Of a stretch of 64,000 nt of DNA, positions 29,830-48,554 are shown piece after piece. The stretch comes from the human T2T-CHM13v2.0 reference genome, Homo sapiens. The stretch lies in the NCBI RefSeq assembly GCF_009914755.1, contig NC_060943.1; one strand, 5' to 3'. The stretch's first letter is position 1; every line of letters starts with the position of its first letter. Below the pieces are notes generated by a model. It saw only the letters and a list, made by a program, of their open reading frames with translations, was not told the origin of the DNA and made no database searches. The position numbers and the translations under genes are program-made.

Positions 29830-30568
29830 TGAAACAGGAGGATTCCCTGAGCTCCCTTGCAGGACATGTGACAGGGGTGTGGCTCATCTGTTTGGCTGCT
29901 GGGTGACTCAAACCCCTTATGGGACGGGGAGCACACAGACAGGCAGGTGCAGGAGCCGGGGCCAGTGTCCCTGGGCTCTGGCCCCATGGCAGCATCCACG
30001 GGTGGGAGACTGCAACTCCCAAAGCCCAAGTGGCTGTGTGTTACAGTGTGCTCCTTAGCCTTGCTGTCTGTGGATGGCTCAAGTGTTAACCAGCTCAGTG
30101 CCCTCTTGGTACCCAAGTCCTTGTCCAGCATCCAGGAAGAATCAGGTCACACATAGACTTGAAGGATGAATGCCAGGGTTTTGTTGAATGGGGGAGGTGG
30201 TTCTCAGTGGGATGGATGGGGAGCTAGAAGGGGGATGGAGTGGGAAGATGATCTTCCCCTGGAGTTTGGCTGTCCAGTGGCTAGTCTCCTCTCTGACTGT
30301 CCCCAGTTGAACTCCTTTCGGCATTCAGATGCTCCTTCTCTTCTCTCTGCTGTGTCGTTCTGCCATTCTTCTGCTTGTGGAGCCTGGGGTTTGAGGTTTA
30401 TATGGGTATAGGATAGGGGAGCATGGTGGGCCAAAAGGTGACTTTGGGGCATGAAAACAGGATTGTCTGTTCCCATTTAGGGCCACAGGTCTCCAGGCTT
30501 GAGGGTGGGGCCTTTGCTGGGGAACCTCCCTCTTCTACCCAGTATTTCCCTGTCTCCTGTCCATATCA
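29830..30568 (-). mobile_element. ERV1 solo LTR (LTR27/LTR28/MER52 group)
   Basis: Minus strand begins TGATATGGACAGGAGACAGGGAAATACTGGGTAGAAGAGGG; TG...CA termini, 4-bp TSD TCAG. Confidence 0.85.
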
Positions 30569-30572
30569 TCAG

Positions 30573-31646
<1,074 letters not shown>

Positions 31647-31820
31647 ATCATTTTCACCAATTCTGGTGTTCCCAAGGGATGACATGGTGCGAAACCACAA
31701 CACACAACTGAGAGTTGCCTTTGGGACTTCACGAAGGTGGAAGACTGTTCTCTTAGTCCAACATGAACCAGTCAGGGGTCACGTCAAGGAAGGCTCAGAG
31801 ACTGTGTCCGACCAATATGG

Positions 31821-31826
31821 TTTATT
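31821..31826 (-). terminator. MUC16: MUC16 polyadenylation signal AATAAA
   Basis: tttatt on +, about 70 nt after the stop codon. Confidence 0.88.
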
Positions 31827-31894
31827 TCTGCCCCAGCCAAGCTTCTTTGGACCCTGGCTGGGGGAAAGGCACCCCAGGCACCGGCAAGTTCCAG

Positions 31895-31993
31895 TCATTG
31901 CAGATCCTCCAGGTCTAGGTGTGACTGGTAGTAGCCTGGGCACTGTTGCTGGACGTTGTATTCTCCTTCCTTCTTCCGCCGGCGGGTGGTCAC
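31895..31993 (-). CDS. MUC16: MUC16 terminal exon, cytoplasmic tail
   Basis: [32 protein letters not shown]; acceptor ctcatag|. Confidence 0.98.
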   Translation of the reverse strand: MTTRRRKKEGEYNVQQQCPGYYQSHLDLEDLQ

Positions 31994-32254
31994 CTATGAG
32001 GGTGAGGAGGAGGCGTGAGAATGGACTGGTCAGCCGTCCAGGGAGAGGAGACCACAGGGGTGAGAATATGGCCAAAGCCAGAGGCCTTATGCTTCCTCTG
32101 TCTCCCTTCATTGTTTCATTTAATTTCTCCCTCAGTTCTTTTCCTCTTTTCACCACTTTCTTTTCTTCTGTCTCCTTGTTTCACTCTCGGTTTAAAAAAA
32201 TTTTTCCCCCTCCGATATCCCCTTCATTTCTCTCTCCTTTTGCCTCTGAATTTC

Positions 32255-32580
32255 TTTATCAATATATCACATATCTACCAATGATCTATTTATCTATCAT
32301 CTAGCTATCAATATTTATCTACCTGTCAATCAATTATCTACCAATCAATAACCATCAATTATCTCTCACCTCTCAATCATCTCCTATTTATAATCCATCA
32401 ATCATCTATCAATCACCTGTCATCCATCAATCATGTATTTATCATCTACTTATCAATATCTATCAACTATCTGTTACCTATCAATTTATTATCTACCAAT
32501 TATCTATCAAAATAATCTATTTATCATCTACCTATCAGCTATCCACCAATCATCTGTCAACTATCAATCATCTATCGCCT
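32255..32580. repeat. Degenerate (TCTA/ATCA)n simple repeat
   Basis: Read directly from the sequence. Confidence 0.88.
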
Positions 32581-32689
32581 GTCTTCTGTCTAAATATCAT
32601 TTCTCTCTCATCTCATTCTCAGTCTCTTTCTCTCTGGCTTTTGGTCCTGATCTCAGCCCCCTCTCTCCCTCCCTTCCTCCTCTACATCT

Positions 32690-34225
<1,536 letters not shown>

Positions 34226-34237
34226 TTCCTTGCTCAC

Positions 34238-34317
34238 CAGGACACCGCAGATCAGGCATGTGATGAGTCCCAGGAGTCCTGCCAAGCCGATGAGGATGAC
34301 AGCCCAGAAGGGAAGGT
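34238..34317 (-). CDS. MUC16: MUC16 transmembrane exon (80 nt)
   Basis: (D)LPFWAVILIGLAGLLGLITCLICGVL; ccccag| and |gtgagc. Confidence 0.98.
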
Positions 34318-34513
34318 CTGGGGAGACAAGGGCTGGGGTGAGCCACCTCCTGCCACGTCCCAGGGCTCCTTCTTGGACCCTATGTGGCCTGAGGATGGGC
34401 ACAGCCCTGGGGAAGAGAGCTTAGTGGCTCAACACCTCATGCCTCTGATGCCCCCAAAAACTGGGCCCCCAGAAAGCCAGGATCCCTGCTATCCCTTTAC
34501 TATGCCTCAATAG

Positions 34514-35018
<505 letters not shown>

Positions 35019-35724
35019 AAGTGTGTCTTATTCTTTTAAATACAATTTTACAAGCGTACAAAAAAGCAGAGAGAAGAGTATAATAAATATGCATCACCTA
35101 GATTTAGTGGTTTATATTTCCTCCAACTAAAACATATACATCCAATTTATGATTTATTGACATTTCAGTGAAAGTAAATGTTTTCACTGAAGTTTTAGAG
35201 GCCAGTAGACACCATGACATCTCACCCCAAATATTTCAATTTGTATCTCTAAAAAAATGACACATGGCTACATAAGCCCAAAGCCATTATTCCACCACAG
35301 GAGTGTCATAAGTTAAATTCATGCCTCTGGGCATGGTGGACCTAAATTGGGCTGGGCCCAAGGGCAGTGGTGGAGAGAATGGATCATCGCAGTTGGAAAC
35401 TGATGGGACCTCTCTAAGTTTTAAAATTTTCACCCAAAAGGTTTTTCTTCTGCCTAAAAACACATTTAAGCTCTCCTTCACTTGGTGGTTTTATCGTCAT
35501 CTTTTAGAATTCACCTTCAATGTCATTTCCTCCAGGAAGCCTTCCCTGATGACCACACCCATGTATGAATAGGTTCACATCAAATAATTTATAATTGACA
35601 ACTGCCTGTTCTTGTTATTCCTCACGACAGCATAAACTCCATGAAGACAGGGATGTAAAGCCATCATCAGGCATGGCGAGAAGGGTTACTGGTTCCTCTA
35701 CTTCTACAACCCTGTTATAGCCAA

Positions 35725-36019
35725 CTTTTTTTTTTTCTCAAGATAGAGTCTCACTCTGTCACCCAGGCTGGAGTGCAATGATGTGATCTCGTCTCACTGC
35801 AACCTCCGCCTCCTGGGTTCAAGTGATTCTCCTGCCTCAGCTTCCTGAGTAGCTGGGATTACAGGCGCACCACCATGCCTGGGTAATTTTTTGTATTTTT
35901 AGTAGAGGCAGGGTTTTACCATGTTGGCCAGGCTGGTTTTTAACTCCTGACCTCGTGATCCGCCTGCCTCGGCCTCCCAAAGTGCTGGGATTACAGGTGT
36001 GAGCCACTGCGCCCAGCCC
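35725..36019 (-). mobile_element. Alu
   Basis: TSD atagcca(a/g)ctt. Confidence 0.92.
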
Positions 36020-36034
36020 ATAGCCAGCTTCTTA

Positions 36035-36475
36035 AAGATGTAGAAGACATACCAATGGCTAACAAGCATATGAAAAAATGCTCGACATTACTAATAATCA
36101 GAGAAATACAGATTAAAACCATGATGAGATACCACCTTACGCCAGTCAGAATGGCTGTTACTAAAAAGACAAAAAATAACAGATGTTAAAAAGGATGCAA
36201 GAAAAGTGAACCGTTACACACTGTTGGTGGGAATGTAATTTAGTATAATCTCTATGAAAAACGTGGAGATTTCTCAAATAACTAAAAATGAAACTACCAT
36301 TTGATCCAGGAATCCCACGACTGGGTATCTACACAAAGGAAAATAAATAATTTTGTCAAAAAGACACCTGAACCTGTGTGTTTATCACAAAACTATTCAC
36401 AATAGCAAAGATATGGAATCAACCTAAGTGCCCATCAATGGAGGACTGTATAAAGAAAATGTGATCTCTCTCTCT

Positions 36476-36510
<35 letters not shown>

Positions 36511-36890
36511 GCAATACCACCCAGGCATAAAAAAGAATGAAATCATGTCTTTTGCAGCAACATGGATGCAAGTGAAGGTCATTATCTTAAGTCAAACAAC
36601 TCAGATACAGGAAGTCAAATAGCACATGTATTTGACTAAATAATGCATAGACATGTCAATGCTAAATAATGCATAGGCATGGACATAGAGAGTGGAATAA
36701 TAGACAGTGGAAACTTGGAAGGGTTGGGGAGTGGAGGAGAGTGGATGATGAGAAATTACTCAATGGGTACAATGTACATTATTCAGGTAATAGATACCCT
36801 AAAAGCCCAGACTTCCCCACTGGGCTATAAATCCATGCAACAAAATTGTACTTGTGCCCCTTAAATATATACAAATAATAATTTTAAAAA
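36035..36890 (+). mobile_element. L1MA-type 3' end with (TC)n(CA)n microsatellite at 36464-36508
   Basis: L1 ORF2 C-terminal and 3'UTR motifs. Confidence 0.85.
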
Positions 36891-37172
36891 GTAGTGTGCA
36901 ATATGGAGCAGCCACAAGTGGCTTTTTAAATTAAAATTAAATAAAATTAAAACTTCGGTATCTCAGTTACATTAACCACACTTCAAGCTTAGTAATCACA
37001 CATGGCTTTGTGCTGAATAGCACAGATAGAAACATTTTCTATCACTGCAGAAAGTTCTATTGGATGGTACTGATTCAAGGCAAGGTTTGGCAAACTACAG
37101 CGATGCTGGGTCCATGGCCTGTTTTTAGAAAGCTTGTGAGCTGACAACAATTTTAATTAAAAAAAAAATTGG

Positions 37173-37632
<460 letters not shown>

Positions 37633-37989
37633 TCAAGGACAGTGCACACAGGCATTGGAAGGTCCCGTCTAAAACGTTATTCGCATTTGACTTGAAAAGA
37701 ACCTTGTATGAAATCTAGTTATTCCTTCTGCAAATATGACTTGAGTGTTTATTATGTGCCAGGCAGAATATGGGGTTCTTGGAATATAGTGGTGAAAGAG
37801 CAAACAGTTACTCTCTGTTATATTCCTGATACATGGTACAATGTATATAACTATTCTTTGAATGGGTAAAATTGGATATGCAAAGTTGAGCCACCTTGAA
37901 GCCATCTCTGGAGTTGGAAAATAGGTCCATCCTACCACATTTGTTGAGGATGAATCACATACAACTTGAAACTGGAAGCCCTCATTGAC

Positions 37990-38570
37990 CTGCTGAGGCA
38001 GGAGGATCACTTGTGGCCAGGAATTAGAGACCAGTCTGGGCAACATAGTGAGACCCTGTCTCTACAAAAAATTTAGAAATTAGCAAGGCGTGGTGACACG
38101 TGCCTGTAGTTCCAGGTACTCAGGAGGCTGAGGTGGGAGGATCGCTTGAGCCCAGGAGTTCAAGACTGCAGTGAGCTATGATTGCACCACTGTACTCCAT
38201 TCTGGTTAACAGAGCGAGACCCTGCCTCTAAAAGAAAAAAACAAACACAAAAAACCAGAACCAGCTGCAGTGGTGCCTGCCTGCCTGTAATCCCAGCACT
38301 TTGGGAGGCTGAAGCAGGTGGCATGCTTGAGCTCAGGAGTTCAAGACCAGCCTGGGCAATGTTGCAAAACCCCATCTCTAGAAAAAATACAAAAATTATC
38401 CGGGTGTGGTGGCGCATGGCTGTAGTCCCAGTTACTTGGGAGGCTGAAGTGGGTGGATTGCTTGAGTCCAGGGGTTGAGGTTGCAGTGAGCTGAGATCAT
38501 GTCACTGCACTCCAGCCTAGGTGACAGAGTGAGACCCTGTCTCAAAAACAAACAAACAACACAACAACAA
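37990..38570 (+). mobile_element. Two tandem AluJ-like elements
   Basis: Alu consensus, first copy 5'-truncated. Confidence 0.88.
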
Positions 38571-38940
38571 TAACTAATCAGGGTAATTGTTTAACACTGC
38601 AGCTGCCTGGGGGTGGAGGAGCAATACCATCTAGGGCAGGCAAGATGGGAACCAAAAACCAAGTGGCTTGCTAAGTACAGAGAGATAAGAAGTCCAGAAA
38701 GGAGATGTGACTAGCCTGAGGTCACAGAGCTGGCCAGAAGAGGGCAAATGCCTCCCATATCCCTCAGGCGTCCTTTTCTTTCCTTCAATGATGGGTAAAG
38801 CTTAGGAGAACTAAGCCACTTTCTCCCAGTCTGAGAAAGCTCGATGACGAATCAACCCCAAGCCTTCAGATTCCCAGGGAAGGACCCAGGTGAGGAAGTG
38901 GGAGCTTCCACCTCAGTCCCAATGACCCAGGGAGCTTTAC

Positions 38941-39107
38941 CATCCACAAGGACACTGCTCCTGTCCAGGGTGAAGTTCTGCAGCTGGGTACCATTCCGGG
39001 TCATCCGCAGAAATTCCTCATAGATGGCAACTCTGTCTACTCTCCGAGCCAGTGGCGAGAAGTTACACAGGGAGTCCACCCCGGTGTGGTGCCTGTTGGG
39101 GACAGAC
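38941..39107 (-). CDS. MUC16: MUC16 last SEA module, exon C (167 nt)
   Basis: SVPNRHHTGVDSLCNFSPLARRVDRVAIYEEFLRMTRNGTQLQNFTLDRSSVLVD. Confidence 0.97.
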
Positions 39108-39221
39108 CTGGAAGGGGACAGGGATAAGCAAAGATATCTGCAATTTTATCATGATTCTAGGCTTTCTCCTTCTAGGCTCTTCCTGCAGAAACTTTCTGCA
39201 ATGATGTAAACATTCTATGTC

Positions 39222-39525
39222 GGCCGGGCACAGTGGCTCACGCCTGTAATCCCAGCACTTTGGGAGGCCCAGGCAGGCGGATCATGAGGTCAGATCGAGA
39301 CCATCCATACAAATCACGAGGTCAAGAGATTGAGACCATCCATACAAATATTAGCTGGGTGTGGTGGCACGTGCCTGTAATCCCAGCTACTTGGGAGGCT
39401 GAGGCAGGAGAATCACTTGAATCAGGGAGTAGAGATTGCAGTGAGACGAGATCACGCCACTGCACTCTAGCCTGGTGACAGAGCGAGACTCCATCTCAAA
39501 AACAAAACAAAAAACAAAAAAAAAA
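39222..39525 (+). mobile_element. Rearranged Alu inside a MER3-like element
   Basis: Internal duplication of gaggtca...gagaccatccatacaaat. Confidence 0.85.
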
Positions 39526-39661
39526 TTCTACATCTGCACTACACAATGCAGCCATTAGTAGCTTCATGTTGTTATTAAATGCTTAAAATGCAGCTAGCGT
39601 GGGAGAAGAACTGAATTTCTAATTTTATTCCACTTAATTCATTTAAAAATAGCCACAGGGA

Positions 39662-40136
<475 letters not shown>

Positions 40137-40227
40137 TTAAGGAAAGTGTTAAATCTCAGTAAAAAGAGCAAGCTTTGTGGCATTTTAACTTGCATTATTT
40201 CCACAGTGCTCTTTCAAGATCCTCAGT

Positions 40228-40543
40228 ATTTTATTATTATTATTATTTGTTTTTTTTTTTTTTTTGAGACAGGCTTTGGCTCTGTTGCCCAGGCTAGAGT
40301 GCATGGCACAATGTCAGCTCACTGCAACCTCTGCCTCCTGGGCTCAAGCCATCCTCCCACCTCAGCCTCCTAAGTAACTGGGACTACAGCACATGCCACT
40401 ATGCTCAGCTGATTTTTGTATTTTTTGTAGAGATGGGTTTTCACCATATTGCCCAGGCTGGTCTCAAACTCCTGAGCTCAAGCGATCCACCCACCTTGGC
40501 CTCCCAAAGGGCTGGGATTACAGTCGCAAGCCACTGCATCCAG
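40228..40543 (-). mobile_element. AluJ-like
   Basis: TSD caagatcctc(a/g)gta. Confidence 0.9.
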
Positions 40544-41173
40544 CAAGATCCTCGGTAACTTTGAAAACTGGCAGCCTCAGAATCATGATATCTGTGAAAA
40601 CCAGCTGCCTAGCAGTCAAAATAGCTGTAGAGTTCTCCAGACATCAATCTGCAGAACATAGTCACTATTTGATCTGTTTGGCAGCTCCTTGAAAAAGCCC
40701 TATTCTCAGGGCTTATCTTTATTTGTTCTGATTCAGAATTTGTTTAGTGAGGAAAGCCTGTTCTCAAGGCAGTTGTCAAAAAAAAAAAATCATTGGTACC
40801 CCCCACCATTGGAAATGATACCTCTCATTGAAAAGCACAGTTCGGCTGCTAGATTCTAAGTAATCTGGTTTTAGTCCCCTCCTTCCCCCGTCTTCCATGG
40901 GTCCTGATTTCAGTAGCTGATGTCTTAATGTAGTAGATTCTACACTCTAGACTCCATGGCCTCAGCACCAGGTACCTTTATGTCTGCTGAGATTTACACC
41001 AGCTCTCTTGAGTGTTGAAGCCAGTTGGGCTCCAGCTTTAGGAAAAAGCTAGTTTTTAGTTAACAGCTCTCTATTTCTAGGGCTCTCTTCCATCAAAGCT
41101 ATGGCTTGGGGACACTTCTATTTAAAGGACAGCAGAAGTTCCTAGAGTCATTAGGTCCTGAGTTAGAACTTAC

Positions 41174-41241
41174 CTGAATGTTGAAACTTGACAGTCAGAA
41201 AAATAACTCTTGATGCTGCTGTTTCGGAAGAGTTGGTTGAG
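41174..41241 (-). CDS. MUC16: MUC16 last SEA module, exon B (68 nt)
   Basis: LNQLFRNSSIKSYFSDCQVSTF(R); ctttcag| and |gtaagt. Confidence 0.97.
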
Positions 41242-41569
41242 CTGAAAGACAGGGCGATGTTTCTTAGGTCAGAATCCTGGCCCCAGTAGCATCAGAGAAT
41301 TTTCAGCCACTGAGCACACTTCTCCGTCTATTTTGCTTCTTGTCATGACAACCACTTGCCCAGGTATGTATATCAAAGGACATGCTCTTCTAGGGTATGA
41401 CTTAGCTGTGTGACCTTGGGTCAGCTACTGAACCTCTCTGTGCTTGTGTATTAAATGGGAATAAGAACCTGTCTTTGTGGATTGTTATAAAAAGTCACCC
41501 TGTGGCTACCCAGTATGCATAAGTCAGTTTCTGCATGGCAACAGAGTGGACATACCACCCCCTTCTCAC

Positions 41570-41721
41570 CGCATCCTCAATATTCCTTTTGTTCCTCTGG
41601 TAATTGGTGGTGCCTGGCTGGGCTTTGTCCTGGGAATATGGTAGGTTGGTGATGGTGAAATTCAGGTAGAAGTGCTGGGTGCTGGAGCTGCTTGTTGGTT
41701 GATAAACTGATGACTCCATTT
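41570..41721 (-). CDS. MUC16: MUC16 last SEA module, exon A (152 nt)
   Basis: (E)MESSVYQPTSSSSTQHFYLNFTITNLPYSQDKAQPGTTNYQRNKRNIEDA. Confidence 0.97.
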
Positions 41722-41827
41722 CTAGAATTAAAAAAAAAGTATGTAAAAATCCACTATCAAGGCAGGGTTTTAAGAAAGAGATGATTCCAGCTAGCTTACT
41801 TATTCCTGACAGTGTGAGCTGAGCTAG

Positions 41828-42187
<360 letters not shown>

Positions 42188-42685
42188 GAGCTAGGATTTT
42201 AAAGGTGGGATGGAGGGTTTTAGGTAACAGCTCTATATTGGATGGAGGATCTTCCTCCATCCATCTGTCCAGCTTGTATCCATCCACCCATCTACCTGTT
42301 CAATTCTCTTTCTACCAAGCATTGTAAGAATTCTCTACAACATGGGGGAAAAGAGACTGGGTTTCTCTGGGGGTGTAGTCAGCAATTGCAGGTGCTGAGA
42401 AACCCAGAGTCTTCTAACTAATGATCATTGTTCCTAAAGGGTCTTCTTGCCTTTGCTCTTCTCTCCCCCCACCCTCCATTCTGCACACAGCACCCAGAGG
42501 ATGAGCAGAATTCATTTCATTTTCTTTCTAAAGCAGAACTCATGAGTGTGTCATGTTCCTCCCCAAGCCATTCCAGTGCCCAACAAAGTCTCTGCCCACA
42601 TCTTTGGCTTCAACTGTCACCTCTCCAGTATCAAAGTGGATGCTCCAGCTACACCAATCTTCTTAAACTTGCCCCAAAATGCCAC

Positions 42686-43012
<327 letters not shown>

Positions 43013-43156
43013 TAGATGCATGGAGCACAATTCTCCATCTATTACCCCTGGCTAGGTCCCATTCTCTGTCAGATCTCAGCTTCTTCACCCCTTCCTACAT
43101 AAAACTTTCCAAGACAAGGTTGTGTGTTCCTCCTTGGGGCTCCCACAGGCCCCTGA

Positions 43157-43535
<379 letters not shown>

Positions 43536-43550
43536 TACTTCCATTGTTTA

Positions 43551-43743
43551 TTGAATGAATGAATTATTCATTTACTGATTCATTCATTTAATTGATCATT
43601 TTAATTGATCAATTAATCAATTAAATCAATTCTCAATTACATCAATTAATCAATTATGTACTGAATCATTTATTATTCATTAATTAAATGAATGAATCAA
43701 TAAATTGATTCAAAATAAATGATCTATTGATTCATTCATTCAA
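43551..43743. repeat. AT-rich imperfect palindrome
   Basis: ttgaatgaatgaat / attcattcattcaa outer arms plus a 24-nt inner inverted pair. Confidence 0.78.
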
Positions 43744-43970
43744 CACAATTCTTTTTACATGTAAAAATAGCTATTCTCTTAGATGCAATGGCTGGTGTTC
43801 TGTTCCTGCCTCGTTGGATGATCTACTGCCAGAGGTCACCTACATGGGTCTCCAGAAAGCCTCCCTTTCCCTCTCTAGAGCCTCCACCAATTCCACTGGT
43901 ACCGAGAAGCCCCATCTTTCCTCATAACCCCACCTCTTCCAGTTAGGAAACCAGCCACCCCACCTTGTAC

Positions 43971-44119
43971 CTGTCACATGGATGTCCACCAACTGGTAGG
44001 TGGAGCCCAGCCAATGGAATGAGGCATTCAGGGTCTTATCTAGAAAGACTTGCTCCACCAGGCTGGGGTCCAAATTGGAGGAGAACAATGCCTTGACAGT
44101 GACCAACACGGAGTCCATC
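43971..44119 (-). CDS. MUC16: MUC16 penultimate SEA module, exon C (149 nt)
   Basis: MDSVLVTVKALFSSNLDPSLVEQVFLDKTLNASFHWLGSTYQLVDIHVT. Confidence 0.97.
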
Positions 44120-44256
44120 CTAGGGACAGAGACCACAGGAATTCAGCCAGTACTCAGCATCAGCAGGGTCATCGGTTGCTGTCTTTAAAGAGCAAAAGAT
44201 CTAGAGGCACCCACCCTCAGTCTAGAGAAGGGTTCTGATCAAAATGGGAGGCCTTC

Positions 44257-44555
44257 GGCTGGATGCAGTGGCCCAAGCCTGTAATCTCAGCACTTTGGGA
44301 GGCCGAGGCAGGCAAATTGCCTGAGGTCGGGAGTTCGAGACCAGCCTGACCAACATGGCAAAACCCTGTCTCTAATAAAAATACAAAACTTCACCGGGTG
44401 TGGTGGCGCATGCCTGTAGTCCCTGCTACATGGGGGGCTGAGGCAGGAGAATTGCTTGAACCCAGGAGGCAGTTGTAGTGAGCCGAGATCATACCACTGC
44501 ACTCCAGCCTGAGCAACAGAGCATGACTCCATCTCAAAAAAAAAAAAAAAAAAAA
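44257..44555 (+). mobile_element. Alu
   Basis: Alu consensus. Confidence 0.92.
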
Positions 44556-44732
44556 TGCTTCCAGGAATTACGTCTAGAAGCAATAACAGTAACAATAATC
44601 GATATTTATTGAACACTTTTTATAGATCAAGACCACTAAGAAGTGACTTATGCATTCTTCATCATCACTCTGGTGGAAGGTATTGTTAAAATTATCCCAA
44701 TTTCTCCCACATTTTCCCTCTTGATTTCTACT

Positions 44733-45310
<578 letters not shown>

Positions 45311-45843
45311 CCAGCTGAAATACAAAAATCTTTGAAGTTTAGAAATATACAAAGTCAGCCCTGTGTCCTGTGACCCTCCTCTTCCCAAGTATAGGTATCT
45401 TCATTCCTTCATCCAGTCATCAGAGACCTGGGTTCAAATCCCAACTTTGACAGTTCTTGGGAAGTTCACTTTTCTGACCCTCAGTTTTCCCATCTGCACA
45501 ATAGGGATGATTTTTGCACTCAACTCATAGATTCTGTTGTGAGAATTAAATGAGAGGAGGCTGGTTGATGTTAAATATTATTATTGGGCTAATATTTTGA
45601 GTTCTACATCAAAAAGTTATATTTTCCCAAGTGTCCAGAAAAAAAAGAAGGTGTATGCTGGGAGTTGGTGGCCCCATGAGGTTAATCCTCACTCCCTACC
45701 TTGAGGATTTATGGGAGGAGATGGTAGGATTAGCTAGACAGGGATGTAGGGGAGAATGGGTACCCCACTGGGGACGTCTAGCTCAAGGGTGCTCAGAGAC
45801 ACAGCCACAAGCTTGGTCACTGCTTATGACCTTCAGAACTTAC

Positions 45844-45911
45844 GTCAAGTTGGTGACCAGGCAGAAGCGGAATGTGTCATGTAGTTGACTGCCTTTGTAG
45901 AGTGTGGTGAC
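45844..45911 (-). CDS. MUC16: MUC16 penultimate SEA module, exon B (68 nt)
   Basis: VTTLYKGSQLHDTFRFCLVTNL(T); tttctag| and |gtaagt. Confidence 0.96.
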
Positions 45912-45974
45912 CTAGAAAGATGGGTAGGGAGAGTGGGTGAGATGGAGGCCTCTTGGGGGTGGAGGGGCCGCTGA

Positions 45975-46135
45975 TGCCAGTGGAAAAAAACACAGGACTT
46001 GGAGCAAAGGGGACCAGAGTTCAAATCCTAACTCTGTTCCTAAAGCACTGTATGACCCTAGGCACACCACGCCCCTTTCTGAGCCTCAGTTTGCCCATCT
46101 GTGAAATGGGAATGGTAGTCAAGAGAGTACTTTTG
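45975..46135 (+). mobile_element. MIR
   Basis: gagttcaaatcc...ctgagcctcagtttgcccatctgtgaaatggg core. Confidence 0.75.
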
Positions 46136-46266
46136 GAAACTGAGAGAGAACCCAGAATACATAGTGAAGTGAAGCATTTAAAGTGATCACTTAACAGAGA
46201 AATCAGGTAGAAGAGGGAGAGAAGCACACAGGACAGAGAAGACGGGAGGGGTGAGAGATGCCCCAC

Positions 46267-46397
46267 CTTGTCCTGGATGTCCCTCAGCAGGGTGATGTAC
46301 TCTGAGGATGTGGGGTCTGGATTACTGAGGTTCCAGTTGACAATGTGGAAATTTATCTGGTACTCGCCCCGGATTGATAAATTCTGGGGTGCATAGC
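46267..46397 (-). CDS. MUC16: MUC16 penultimate SEA module, exon A (131 nt)
   Basis: (G)YAPQNLSIRGEYQINFHIVNWNLSNPDPTSSEYITLLRDIQDK. Confidence 0.97.
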
Positions 46398-47225
46398 CTG
46401 GAGCCACAGAGAAGAAGAAAAGGCAACATATGGTGGGGAAATGTTGATCACAAAATGCAGAGCCAAAGTTGCCCAGCAGTCCCCTGCCTACTGTCAGAAT
46501 CAATTTCAGGTCCACACGCTGGGCATTGCAGGAGCTCTTAGACAGAAAGTTGCCCCAAAGAGAGGGAAAAATGGAATATTACACAGATTCTTCTGAGCTG
46601 AGCTTTCCTGCATGTGCTATGCAGTTCCCACTTCTAGGAATGCATCCTTTTCATTTCCTGCAAAACTCCTGCTCACGCTTCAAGAGCCCAGTGAGAGGGA
46701 GCTCCAGGACAGCAGAGGCCCAAGTCTGTCTTATTCATTATTGTGTCCCGGCACAGGGCCGGGTATATAACACCCTCCTCCAGGAAGCCCTCCTTAATTT
46801 ACTCCTCCTCTCAGCTCCCATAGTACCCTGTTAATAACAGCAGTGGGGTCTTTGTTGTGCCCGTAATTTGTTGTTAACTTGAGTATGAGTTTTTCAGAGA
46901 CAGAAAAATGTGTCTTCTATCTCCAGACCCAGTACAAGGCTTGGGGCAGAACAGCCACCCATATATGTTTGCTGAATGAATGAATTAATGAATGTGAGTT
47001 ACAGCAGAGACACAAATCTTTAATTTGCTCACTCATTCAATGATTCTTTCCATACTATGATGTGCTGATGTACTGCGAACCGAGGGTACAGTGGCACTCA
47101 TAATAGACCGTAATTTTGTTGAGTTCACAGGGTAAGGGGGAATCAGATAATTTAACAAGTAATTACAGTAAAGTGTGATAAATGTCAGCCTTGTGCCCAC
47201 CTAAGAACTTTGAGACCATGTACAA

Positions 47226-47455
47226 CAGGATTTCTCACCCTTGAAATTATTGGCATTTGGGGCTGGATCATTCCCTGGGGTGGTTGTCTCCTGTGCACTG
47301 GAAAATGGGCTACCGACCCACTAGGTGCCAGTTGCACCCTCCTTCCCTCCCTGAGTTGTGATACCCAAAAATGATTTCGGATATTGCCTAGAGTCTCCCA
47401 GTTGGGGGGTGGGGTGGGGCAGAAGTGCAGAATTGTCCCCTGGTAATAACCACTG
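47226..47455 (+). mobile_element. MER20-like hAT element
   Basis: caggatttctca...cactaggtgccag...gttgtgatacccaaaaatg...aaccactg. Confidence 0.75.
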
Positions 47456-47559
47456 ACACAGAGGATCCTTATATAGAAGGGACCTGCTATCCTGTCCCAA
47501 AGGATGCCACGACTCAGCCACTTGGGTTTTGAATTGAAATTCATTATGGATGTACCTGG

Positions 47560-48040
47560 GGGGGGTTCATTATGCTAAGTGAAATATACCAGATAGAGAG
47601 AAACAAATACTGCATGATCTCACTTATATGTGGGATCAGAAGTCAAACTTACAGAAGCAGAGAGTAGCATGATGGTTATCAGGGGCTGGGGGCATGGGGG
47701 TGGTGATAGAGAAAATGGGGAGATGTTGGTCACAAAATACAAACTTTTAGTTACAAGATGAATAAGTTCTGGGGATCGAGTATAAAGCTTGATGATTATA
47801 GTTAATAATACTGTATTGTAAACCTGAAATTTTCTATGAGGGTAGACCTTAAATGTTCTCTTTCTCTCTAACTCACACAGACGCACACAGACACACGGTA
47901 ACTATGTGACATGAAAGCAGTGTTAACTAATTTGATCATGGTAATCATTTCATAAGCTACACATATATTAAATCACTGCATTATACATCTTAAATACATA
48001 CAATTGTATTTGATAGTTATACCGCAACCAAGTTGGAAAC
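47560..48040 (+). mobile_element. L1M 3'UTR fragment
   Basis: aaatactgcatgatctcacttatatgtgg motif. Confidence 0.8.
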
Positions 48041-48187
48041 AAAAGTGAAGGAGAAAGAGACAAACAATTTATGACATTAATTTGGTCAAAGAATTTCATG
48101 CTATTTACTCAAAATAATGGGAAAGACCCTCCCCTTGGTGGTTTGGGGAAGGGTGTCCCCCAGCCAGGCCTTGGGCTATTTTTTTTA

Positions 48188-48505
<318 letters not shown>

Positions 48506-48554
48506 ACCAACTCCCCAAAAGTCACTGTAAATCCAAGTTCAGCCTGACACTCAC

